A stretch of 64,000 nucleotides of DNA from Gemmatimonadaceae bacterium (GCA_033763905.1 JANRJP010000044.1:15437-79436), one strand, 5' to 3'. Positions 40,095 through 48,722 are shown, numbered from the stretch's first letter. Made by a program: numbers and translations. Notes: generated by a model from the sequence alone, not told the origin.

Positions 40095-40257
40095 CAGGTC
40101 ACAGGCAGCGGGGCCGCTGGCACCCCTGTGTGCGCGGACATAACTTTGCAGGTCGGGCGAAAACCGCCTCACGACCTCGCACGACATTGTCCCGCCCCTT
40201 GCCGCATTCATTCACGCGCCGCCCGACGACGAGCCGCGCCGAATCCCGCACCTGCCG

Positions 40258-42879
40258 ATGAACATTCCCGTCGTCACGGGGGAAGTGCTCGACGGGCGGT
40301 ACGCCATTGAGCGGGAGCTGGGCCAAGGCGGAATGGCGCGCGTGTATCTCGTGCGCGACCTGCGACACGGCCGCTCGCTGGCGCTCAAGATGGTCCGGCC
40401 CGAGGTGAGCGCGACCCTCGGGGCCGATCGCTTTCTGAGCGAGATCGAGATCATCTCGAAGATGACCCACCCGAACATCCTGCCGTTGCACGATTCGGGG
40501 ACGATCCGCGGGCAGCTGTACTACGTGTCGCCGTATATGGACGGGCTGTCGCTGCGCGAGCGGATGAACGCGACGCCGCAGATGTCGATCGCCGACGTCG
40601 TCAGCATCACGCGCGAAGTGGCGCAGGCGCTCGACTATGCCCATTCGCGCGGCATCGTGCACCGCGACATCAAGCCGGAGAACATCCTCTTCTCGGGCGG
40701 TGTGGCGGTGGTGGCCGACTTCGGCATCGCGCGCGCGGTGGTGGCCGCCGGTGGGGACCGGCTCACCCAGGCTGGCGTGGTGGTGGGTACGCCGGCCTAT
40801 ATGAGTCCCGAGCAAGCGACGGGCGAAGCCACCGATGCCCGCAGCGACGTGTACTCGCTGGCCTGCGTGGTGTACGAGATGATCACCGGACGCCCGCCGT
40901 ACTCGGGGGAGATTTCGCTCGAGGTGATGCTCAAGCACGCACGGGAGTCGGTGCCGGGGCTCCGGCCCGTCCGCGCGAGCGTGCCGCTCGCGGTCGAAGC
41001 GGTGGTGATGCGGGCGCTGGCCAAGGCGCCGGCCGATCGCTTCCCGACCGTGCGTGCGTTCGCGGACGCACTGATCGAAGCCGTTGGCGGCACCGCGCCC
41101 CTGCCCCTGGCGACGCCCGGACCAAGCCGCCGCACGGTGCAGGCGGTGATTGGCGTCGCCGCGCTCGTGGTGGCCTCGGCGTTCGGCGTGGTCGCCACAC
41201 AGCGGCCCAAAGTGCCCGCCGGTCCGCCCCGGCTCATCGTGCTACCCTTCGAACACCTGGGCGACGCGGAAGACAAGTTCATCACCGAGGGGCTGGCCGA
41301 CGAAGTCACCAGCCGCGTGGCGGGCTTGTCCGGGCTGTCCGTGGTCGCTCGCACGACCGCGCAGCAGTATCCGGCCACCGGCGTGAACCTCCGCAACGTC
41401 GCGCGCGAAGTCGGGGTCTCGTACGTCGTCACCGCAACCGTCCGCACCGATCGGGCTCCCGACGGCACCCGCCGCGTCCGGGTCACGCCACATCTGGTGG
41501 CGGCGACCGACGGGCAGGACGTCTGGTCGGACCGCTACGACGCCAGCTTCGTGCCGGGTGAGCTATTCGCCCTCCAGTCCAGTATCGCCGAGCGCGTCGC
41601 GGGCGCGCTGGGTGTGTCGGTGTTGCAGCCGGAATCCCGCGCGCTCGCCGCGCGGCCCACGCAGAGCACCGCCGCCTACACCGCGTATTTGCAGGCGAAC
41701 GTGCTCGCGTCGCGCCGCTACGAAGAGGCCTCCGCCCGCGAGGCGATCGCGCTCTACGAGCAGGCGATCCAATCCGACTCCACCTTTGCGCTTGCGTGGG
41801 CCAAACTGGCCGAGGCGAGCGCCGTCTACGATTACTACTATCGCGACAAGAACGCGACGCGGCTGGCGCGGGCGCAGGAAGCGTTGCGGCGCGCCACGGC
41901 GATCGACTCGACGCTCCCCGAGCTGGCCGTGGCCCGCGGCTTCGTGGCGTGGTGGGGCGAACTCGATGCCCCGAAGGCGTTCCGCGAGCTGAGCGCCGTG
42001 CGCAAGAGCCAGCCGAACAACAGCGAATTGCTGTGGATCATCGGGCAGATCGAACGCCGGCAGGGAAAGATGCCGGCGGCGGCCGCGACGATGCAGGCTG
42101 CCGCGACGCTCGACCCGCGCTCGCACGTGGTGGCCCTCGACCTCGGGCTGACGCTGCTGTCGATGCGTCGGTACAGCGACGCGCAACGCGAAATCCTCCG
42201 CGCCCGTCGCCTGTCGCCGGATTGGGCCCCCGCGGTGGTGATGCAGGCGCTGATGCTCTGGTCGCGCGACGGCAAGATCACCGCCGCGTCGGCCGCGATC
42301 GACTCGGCCACGCCGCGCGTCTCGATGCGCGAGATGGTGAAGTGGATGTACCGCTACCCGAGTATGCCGACGGCCCTGGGCGGCGCGGTGCGGGATTCGG
42401 TGCTGGCGCTCACCACGACCACCGACTTCGTCGATCCGGCCAAGCTGCACCTCGCGAAGGCCTACATCGCCCGCGACCGTGGCGACTCTGGCGTGGCGCG
42501 GGTGCAATTCGACTCGGCGCGCCGGGTGCTGGAGCCGCGCGTGCGGGCGGCCGAGGCGGATGCCGAATTGGCTGCCCTGCTCGGCATTGCCTACGCCGGT
42601 GTCGGACGCCGAGACGATGCCGCGCGCGAAGGCGACCGGGCCTTGACCCTGATGCCGCTGTCGCGGGAATTCGTGCTGGGCAGCACGATGCTCAGCCACC
42701 GGATCGATATCGCGGTGATCAGTGGCGATGCCGAGTCCGCGCTCAAGCACATCGAAACGGTGCTGCGGATTCCATCGCAGTTCTCGAAGGCGATGATCCG
42801 TTCCGATCGCTTCTACGCGGGGCTCCGGTCGAATCCCCGCTTCGCCGCCATTACCGCGGGTCCTGAACGGACCTTCTGA
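40258..42879 (+). CDS. Ser/Thr protein kinase with TM, TolB-like and TPR domains
   Basis: GQGGMARVY, ALK, HRDIKPEN, DFGIA, GTPAYMSPEQ, LIVLPFEHL and a TPR-like tail. Confidence 0.92.
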   Translation: MNIPVVTGEVLDGRYAIERELGQGGMARVYLVRDLRHGRSLALKMVRPEVSATLGADRFLSEIEIISKMTHPNILPLHDSGTIRGQLYYVSPYMDGLSLRERMNATPQMSIADVVSITREVAQALDYAHSRGIVHRDIKPENILFSGGVAVVADFGIARAVVAAGGDRLTQAGVVVGTPAYMSPEQATGEATDARSDVYSLACVVYEMITGRPPYSGEISLEVMLKHARESVPGLRPVRASVPLAVEAVVMRALAKAPADRFPTVRAFADALIEAVGGTAPLPLATPGPSRRTVQAVIGVAALVVASAFGVVATQRPKVPAGPPRLIVLPFEHLGDAEDKFITEGLADEVTSRVAGLSGLSVVARTTAQQYPATGVNLRNVAREVGVSYVVTATVRTDRAPDGTRRVRVTPHLVAATDGQDVWSDRYDASFVPGELFALQSSIAERVAGALGVSVLQPESRALAARPTQSTAAYTAYLQANVLASRRYEEASAREAIALYEQAIQSDSTFALAWAKLAEASAVYDYYYRDKNATRLARAQEALRRATAIDSTLPELAVARGFVAWWGELDAPKAFRELSAVRKSQPNNSELLWIIGQIERRQGKMPAAAATMQAAATLDPRSHVVALDLGLTLLSMRRYSDAQREILRARRLSPDWAPAVVMQALMLWSRDGKITAASAAIDSATPRVSMREMVKWMYRYPSMPTALGGAVRDSVLALTTTTDFVDPAKLHLAKAYIARDRGDSGVARVQFDSARRVLEPRVRAAEADAELAALLGIAYAGVGRRDDAAREGDRALTLMPLSREFVLGSTMLSHRIDIAVISGDAESALKHIETVLRIPSQFSKAMIRSDRFYAGLRSNPRFAAITAGPERTF

Positions 42880-42886
42880 CCGACTG

Positions 42887-44134
42887 GTGCGCGATCGGAT
42901 CTCGCCGCGGTCGCGCATCTGGCACCTGCCATCGCCGTCAGACGCCCCACTCGCCGTCGCGCTCGCGTCGCCGGCGGGACGCACGACGGCGCAGGGCGCG
43001 CACCGCCTGACGCCCTGCCTCGGCGCCGGCTCGACCCCGCTGGCCGCCGCTCGGCGGGCGCACGATGAGTACTGCGAGCGGTGGAGCGGGTTTCACCAGC
43101 CGGAAGATCCCGAACTGCTCGCGCCGTTCGACGCCGTCGCTGACCGCGCGATCGCGCCCAATGCCCTGCGCTGTCTGAGTCGCCGCCAACTCGCGGACGC
43201 CCGCCGCGGCGTGCCCGCCGCGGAGTGGGGACTCGACCGCACGCTGCCGCTGGCGTGGACCGTCGCCACCGCGCTCGACGCGGGGCCGTCGGCGCTCGTG
43301 CCGTCGCATCTGGTGTACTTCGGTTATCGCCCGCCGCGGGGAGTCCGCGTGCCGCGTGCCGCAGGGCGCGCCGACTCCAACGGCTGCGCGGCGGGGCGGA
43401 GCACCGCCGACGCCACGCGGCGCGCGCTGTTGGAACTCGTCGAGCGCGACGCGGTGGCCCAGTGGTGGTACCATCAGGCGCCACGTCCTGAGGTGCCGCG
43501 CGCGGTCTGGGCCGACGACCGACGGTCTCGCCTCGTGGAGTGGCTGGCGCGCGATGGACGCGACACCTGGATGCTCGATCTGACCGGCGACCTCGGCATT
43601 CCGGTCGTTGCCGCCGTGAGTGTTCGCCGGCAGGGCACATTCCCTCGCGTGTTGCTCGGCTTCGCCGCGCGACTCGATCGTCGAACTGCCGCGCATCGCG
43701 CGCTCGACGAATTGCTGCAGGAAGCGATGCTCGTCCACGCCGCCGACCGCGGGTTGCTCACCCAGCCCGCCGCCGACCGACGCTGGCTGCGTGAGGGCAC
43801 GCTCGACGCACAGCCGCAGTTGGTGCCCAACCCGCGCCAACGGCGAAGCCGCGTCCGCGTGCGGCCGTCGTTCGACGACGCCGGGGCTCCACGTGACGCG
43901 GCAGACGTCGCGCAGCTCATCGAGCGGCTGACCGCGGCGCGACTGCGCGCGTGGATGGTGGACCTCACGCGCGCGGACTCGTCGCGTCGCGTCGTGCGGG
44001 TCGTCGTGCCGGGCCTGCGTCCGTGGTGGCCGCACTTCGCACCGGGACGTCTGTTCACCGCGCCGGTGCGCGCGGGCTGGTTGCGACGCGCGCGACACGA
44101 ATTGCGTCTCAACGCTTTCGGAATCTGGTTCTGA
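42887..44134 (+). CDS. YcaO-family protein (stand-alone)
   Basis: EYCERWS, DSNGCAAG, LLELVERDA, LDLTGDLGIPVVAA, RALDELLQ and VVRVVVPGLR..RFAPGRL-like (HFAPGRL) motifs. Confidence 0.9.
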   Translation: MRDRISPRSRIWHLPSPSDAPLAVALASPAGRTTAQGAHRLTPCLGAGSTPLAAARRAHDEYCERWSGFHQPEDPELLAPFDAVADRAIAPNALRCLSRRQLADARRGVPAAEWGLDRTLPLAWTVATALDAGPSALVPSHLVYFGYRPPRGVRVPRAAGRADSNGCAAGRSTADATRRALLELVERDAVAQWWYHQAPRPEVPRAVWADDRRSRLVEWLARDGRDTWMLDLTGDLGIPVVAAVSVRRQGTFPRVLLGFAARLDRRTAAHRALDELLQEAMLVHAADRGLLTQPAADRRWLREGTLDAQPQLVPNPRQRRSRVRVRPSFDDAGAPRDAADVAQLIERLTAARLRAWMVDLTRADSSRRVVRVVVPGLRPWWPHFAPGRLFTAPVRAGWLRRARHELRLNAFGIWF

Positions 44135-44195
44135 CGTTATCGTACTGCGCAGAGTGCGCGTCGCACTCGCATCGTCACTTTCCGGGAGGTGTCAT

Positions 44196-44375
44196 ATGGC
44201 AGCAAAGAAGAAGGCGGCCAAGAAGGCCGCGAAGAAGGGCGCGAAGAAGGCTGCGAAGAAGGTCGTGAAGAAGGCGGCCAAGAAGACCACGAAGAAGAAG
44301 GCCACCAAGAAGAAGGCCGCCAAGAAGAAGACCGGCGCTTCGCGCACGATGGGGCCGTCGAAGACCTTCGCGTAA
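44196..44375 (+). CDS. 59-aa Lys/Ala-rich histone-like peptide, candidate RiPP precursor
   Basis: Strong RBS GGGAGG at 44184-44189. Sequence MAAKKKAAKKAAKKGAKKAAKKVVKKAAKKTTKKKATKKKAAKKKTGASRTMGPSKTFA, lying between YcaO and the SagB-type oxidase. Confidence 0.8.
   Translation: MAAKKKAAKKAAKKGAKKAAKKVVKKAAKKTTKKKATKKKAAKKKTGASRTMGPSKTFA
44205..44330 (+). repeat. Coding tandem repeat (AAGAAG plus two small-residue codons)
   Basis: 12-nt then 15-nt periodicity encoding xxKK and xxKKK units, with varied synonymous codons. Confidence 0.8.
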
Positions 44376-44397
44376 CCCGACTCGCGACCATCAGGTC

Positions 44398-45840
44398 GTG
44401 AGCTCCGCGACACGTCATCTCGGACTCCTGCCGCTGGTGCAACGGAGTCGGGCGCGCCCTCGCGCCGCCCGACTCCACACGGCGGATGACAGCTTCGAGG
44501 TGACCTGTCGCACCCGCGGCGCGTGGCTGGCATTCTGCCGGCTCACGCGCCGTGTCGTTTCCGAGGACGGCCTGCGCGCCGTTGCCGCTGCCGACTCGCC
44601 GGCGGCGCTCCGGGAGTGGGAGCGCCTGCTTGGGCAGCTGCACGCACGCGGTGCCCTGCGCGAGCGCTGGCTCATCGATGACCACTGGCTCGCCGACGTC
44701 GAGCCCATTTGCCCCGCAGGGCCACACGCGGGGCGTGACCGCCGCGCGCCGCGCCGCCGCCGCGGCACACGCGGTGCGTTCGTCCTGTCGCGATTCGCCT
44801 ACCTCTCGCGCGACGGCGACCAGCCCACGTTGGCGTCACCGATCAGCACCGTGCGGCTCGTGTGCAGCCCCGTGATGGTCCGTGCGATCGGCCTCCTTGC
44901 CTCCACGCAGACCGCCGCCACGCTCCGCGCGGCGCTCGACGTTCCCGCGTCGACGGCAGCGCAGATCGTCCGTCTGCTGCGCGACTCGGCGATGCTCACG
45001 TCGGCCCGCGCCGACGGCGGCACCGCCGAAGACACGGATCCGGTGCTGCAGCAATGGGAGTTTGCGGATCTGTTGTTGCAGCATCGGCACCGCGGTGGAC
45101 GACACGACGGCGTCGTGGGTGCCACGTTTCAGTACGAAGGCATACGGCCGCCGGAACCCGCCCTCGACCGCTGGCCTGTCCGTCGACGACTCGCCCTGCC
45201 CCGCCCGGCCACCGATCTGGACGTCGTCGGACCACAGAACCCGCCGCTGGGGGCGGTGATCGAAGCCCGCGAGTCGGTCCGTCAGTACGGCACGCGCCCG
45301 ATCACCATCGACCAGCTCGGCGCACTCCTGTGGCGTAGCGCGCGCGTGCGTGCCGAGTATCCGATGGGACCCGGTCGCCGGTATGCCATCACGGATCGGC
45401 CGTACCCCAGCGGCGGGGGCTGCTATCCGCTCGACATCATCGTCGTCGTTGGCCGCTGCCGCGGCGTCCCGCGCGGCATCCACCACTACGATCCGGTCGC
45501 CCACCGCCTCGGCTGGCTCGGCCGTCATGGCAGCACCGCCGAATGGCTGTTGGAAGATGCGCGCAATGCGCAGGGGCAACGCGGCGGTGCGCAGGTCTTG
45601 CTGGTGTTCGTCGCGCGCTTCCGCCGCCTGACCTGGAAGTACCGCTCGATCGCGCTGGCGACGATCCTCAAGGACGTCGGCGCACTCCTGCAGACCTTCT
45701 ACCTCAATGCCACCGCGCTCGGCTTGGCGCCCTGCGGTGTAGGGTCCGGGGACTCGACGCGACTTGGCCGCGTGATCGGTCGACGCTTCGAAGAGGCGTC
45801 CTCGGTCGGCGAGATGCTCATCGGCAGCCGCCCCGAGTGA
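44398..45840 (+). CDS. SagB/ThcOx-type FMN-dependent peptide dehydrogenase
   Basis: LSRFAYL, WEFADLL..HR..GRHD..GATF, RESVR, RPYPSGGGCYPL, WKY and KDVGALLQTFYL. Confidence 0.9.
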   Translation: MSSATRHLGLLPLVQRSRARPRAARLHTADDSFEVTCRTRGAWLAFCRLTRRVVSEDGLRAVAAADSPAALREWERLLGQLHARGALRERWLIDDHWLADVEPICPAGPHAGRDRRAPRRRRGTRGAFVLSRFAYLSRDGDQPTLASPISTVRLVCSPVMVRAIGLLASTQTAATLRAALDVPASTAAQIVRLLRDSAMLTSARADGGTAEDTDPVLQQWEFADLLLQHRHRGGRHDGVVGATFQYEGIRPPEPALDRWPVRRRLALPRPATDLDVVGPQNPPLGAVIEARESVRQYGTRPITIDQLGALLWRSARVRAEYPMGPGRRYAITDRPYPSGGGCYPLDIIVVVGRCRGVPRGIHHYDPVAHRLGWLGRHGSTAEWLLEDARNAQGQRGGAQVLLVFVARFRRLTWKYRSIALATILKDVGALLQTFYLNATALGLAPCGVGSGDSTRLGRVIGRRFEEASSVGEMLIGSRPE

Positions 45841-45859
45841 CCACGGCGCGCCGCCGGGC

Positions 45860-47347
45860 CTAGCGCGCCCGGTGGACGGCGGCCGCGGCGGCGTGACCGC
45901 TTTCGATCGCTCCCTGAATCCAGCCCGGCAGTGACGAGGTGTGATCACCGGCGAAATAGAGCCGTCCCGCCGGTCGCTGCATCACCCGCATCTGGTGGCC
46001 GATCATTCCCGGCTCGAACGAGCAGTACCCGCCGCGCGCATAGGGGTCGGCATCCCAATCGATCATCGCGTGGGCCGTGATCATTCTCGACACGCGCGGG
46101 TAGAGCTGATCCAGCCCTGCGGCCAATGCCCGACGCCGCTCCGGCTCCCGCATCACCGCCCAGGCGCGCGCGTGCGGACCGGTGCTGTACGACTCGAGCA
46201 CGCCCCGCGTGCCGGCTTGGGTGATCGACTGATCGTTCACGTACATCACCGGCGTGTCGGCAATGCCGACGCCCGAGCGATTGACGCGATTCCACGGCCG
46301 CGCGGTCGTCTGCACGTACTGGCGCACCACCGACGTGTACAACAACTGCTCGATCACCTGCCGCACGTCGTTCGGTAGCGGAAGGTCGATCGGAATCTGC
46401 CGCAGGACCGAGAACGGGATCGTACAGATCACCGCCTCGGCGTCCCAGTTCCGGCGCCCGCGCGACGTCTCGGCCGTCACGCGCACGCCGGCCGCGCCCG
46501 GCGCGAGCCGCACCACCTCGGCGCCGTAGATGACCCGACGCTCGAGCACCGGGCTGTTGGCGAGCGCGTGCGGCAACCGGTCGTTGCCACCGAGAATGGT
46601 GAACTCGTCCTCGCGAATCTGCGCGAGCGTGAGTGGCGTGGGCTCGCCTTGGACGTGGAATCCCTTGGCGAAGGGATCGATCCGGTACCGTCCAACCGAA
46701 AAGCCACCCGGCAGCGGCGGCAGCCCGGGCAGAATCGCGGTGAGATCCCGGAGCATCGTCAGCGCCGAAATGCAGTGCAGGCCGTTGCCGGTGAGGTTGA
46801 GATACCCGACGCCGAAGATCTCGACCGCGCCGCTCGACGCCCCGCGAGAGCGGAGAAACTCCGCGGCGGTCATTTCGTCGTAGCGCCGCAGGCCCGGGGG
46901 CGGAAATCGCTTGTCCCGCGTGTGCCGAAGATTCCGCTGCACCACCGGGATGATGTACTTCTTCCACAGGCCGCCCAGCCCGATGCCCCGTTCATCGGCG
47001 CGCAGCTCCACCGGCCAGCGCGTCGAGGTGTTGTCGACGTTGGCCAGCCGGTGGCCGCGAATGTAGGCGAAGGGCGATCCACTGCGTGGAATGCGAACCA
47101 TCGTCAGCCCGGCGAGGGCGATGTAGCCCATCGTCAGCGTGTGATGGCCGTTGAGGAACATCGCGCCCTCTTCCGCGTGCATCCCGTCCGCAAAGGGATC
47201 GCGCAGCGTGCGCACACGCCCGCCGGGCACTTCGCGCGCTTCGAGCACGGTCACATCGTGGCCAGCCTGTACCAACTGGTAGGCCGCGGTGAGTCCAGCC
47301 ATTCCAGCGCCGAGGACCAGCACGGACTTGGGACGAGAGGCAGGCAT
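45860..47347 (-). CDS. Flavin monoamine oxidase / L-amino acid oxidase family protein
   Basis: VLGAGMAGL, EAREVPGGRV, AEEGAM, GGND, W..DPYARGGY and FAGDHT..GWIQGAIESG. No signal peptide. Confidence 0.9.
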   Translation of the reverse strand: MPASRPKSVLVLGAGMAGLTAAYQLVQAGHDVTVLEAREVPGGRVRTLRDPFADGMHAEEGAMFLNGHHTLTMGYIALAGLTMVRIPRSGSPFAYIRGHRLANVDNTSTRWPVELRADERGIGLGGLWKKYIIPVVQRNLRHTRDKRFPPPGLRRYDEMTAAEFLRSRGASSGAVEIFGVGYLNLTGNGLHCISALTMLRDLTAILPGLPPLPGGFSVGRYRIDPFAKGFHVQGEPTPLTLAQIREDEFTILGGNDRLPHALANSPVLERRVIYGAEVVRLAPGAAGVRVTAETSRGRRNWDAEAVICTIPFSVLRQIPIDLPLPNDVRQVIEQLLYTSVVRQYVQTTARPWNRVNRSGVGIADTPVMYVNDQSITQAGTRGVLESYSTGPHARAWAVMREPERRRALAAGLDQLYPRVSRMITAHAMIDWDADPYARGGYCSFEPGMIGHQMRVMQRPAGRLYFAGDHTSSLPGWIQGAIESGHAAAAAVHRAR

Positions 47348-47351
47348 CGCG

Positions 47352-48722
47352 TTACCGATCGCTGAGGAGCCGCGCGACGTCGAGTCGTCCGGCCCCGTAC
47401 GTGGAAGTGAACGACTTGCCGCGCATCGCGGGGAGCCGCGTCGCGGTGCGCATCAGGCGACGCTTGACCTCGGCCGGCGACATCGGGCCGCGGGTGGCGA
47501 GCAGCATCGCCACCGCCGCCGTGACCTGCGGGCAGGCCATCGACGTGCCGGGCCATGCATCGAAGCGCCGGTTGCGTTCGAGCGGATTCGGGCCGGCCGA
47601 GCGGCGCCCGGTGTGCGTAGCCGCGAATCCGAACTCGCCAGCCTCGAGCGGCAGCGTCGACCAGATATCCTCGCCGGGCGCGACGAGCGCGATATGCGGC
47701 CCGGTACACGAGAAGTCGGCGATCCGCCCCGATTCCCCAACCGCGCCCACCGCAATGACACCGGGGACCGCCGCCGGAAACGACTCGCGGTCCCGATGCT
47801 GCTGCGCGTTTCCCATCGCCGCGACCAGCACGGTGCCGCGGGCCAGCAGCGCCTCGAACAGCGCCCGTTCGTGGGGATCCGGCGACGCATTGCCGCCCAG
47901 ACTCATATTCACGACGTGCGCGCGGGCATCGAGACAAAGCTGCAGTGCCGCCCGGTACGCCACGGGATCGACGAAGAACAGCCGGTACGTCTTGCCGTCG
48001 CTGTGCACCGGAAACGTGTCGGATCCGAAGATCTTGTACACCGTCAGATCACAGCGGCACATCCCGCGAACCCCAAGGTCGTTGTCCGCCGCGGCGATGA
48101 TGCCACTGACGTGCGTCCCGTGTCCGACGACGTCGTCGGCCGCCGAATGCCACGACCCGAGCCGGTGCACGTACTGCGACACGCGATGGCGCAACGCGGG
48201 ATGGCGGAGGTCCACGCCGGTGTCGAGCACGGCGACGCGCACCCGCCTCGGCTCCCGAAACCGCGGCAAGGCCCTCGCCTCCTCCAGACGCACCGCGCCG
48301 TGATGCCACATCCGGAGCGCAGGCATCAGGGGATCGTGGTGCGCCGCCAGATGGCGCATCGGCACCCGGGCCGCCCATTCCACGTGCGGATCCGACGACA
48401 GCGCGTCATGCAACGCCGCGGTGTGACGCCCGTGTCGCAGCCGTACGATGACGGTCCCGGTGTGCGGCCGCGCGGGATCGTGATGCCGCCCCGCCCGTGC
48501 GAGGGCGGTCGCCACGGGGTGCAATCCGTGGCCGCGCGGCGAGCCATCCATCACGTGGACGCCCTCGAGGTGCCCGCGTGCCTCCAGCCGGAGCAGATGC
48601 TGGAGACCAGCCGGCGCCAGACGCCCGCGGGCCGCGCGGCCTGCGGTCGGGTGAAGGCGGGCGATCACGAGATGCTCGTGATGGCCGGGGTCGTGCCGTT
48701 CGTGCCAGAGGATGCCGCGCAT
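47352..48722 (-). CDS. S8 (subtilisin-like) serine protease
   Basis: VAVLDTG, HGTHVSG, AAMGN and GTSMACP (triad plus oxyanion Asn). His/Arg-rich N-terminal region. Start is uncertain. Confidence 0.88.
   Translation of the reverse strand: MRGILWHERHDPGHHEHLVIARLHPTAGRAARGRLAPAGLQHLLRLEARGHLEGVHVMDGSPRGHGLHPVATALARAGRHHDPARPHTGTVIVRLRHGRHTAALHDALSSDPHVEWAARVPMRHLAAHHDPLMPALRMWHHGAVRLEEARALPRFREPRRVRVAVLDTGVDLRHPALRHRVSQYVHRLGSWHSAADDVVGHGTHVSGIIAAADNDLGVRGMCRCDLTVYKIFGSDTFPVHSDGKTYRLFFVDPVAYRAALQLCLDARAHVVNMSLGGNASPDPHERALFEALLARGTVLVAAMGNAQQHRDRESFPAAVPGVIAVGAVGESGRIADFSCTGPHIALVAPGEDIWSTLPLEAGEFGFAATHTGRRSAGPNPLERNRRFDAWPGTSMACPQVTAAVAMLLATRGPMSPAEVKRRLMRTATRLPAMRGKSFTSTYGAGRLDVARLLSDR

Noticed and set aside
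44205..44330. AAGAAG periodic repeat as a CRISPR array or non-coding satellite
   Set aside because: Units are 12-15 nt, in frame and without spacers, and no cas genes are present.
44189..44401. Alternative-frame Glu/Gly-rich 70-aa ORF over the Lys-rich peptide
   Set aside because: Its start overlaps the RBS that is correctly spaced for ATG 44196, and the wobble pattern favours the Lys/Ala frame.
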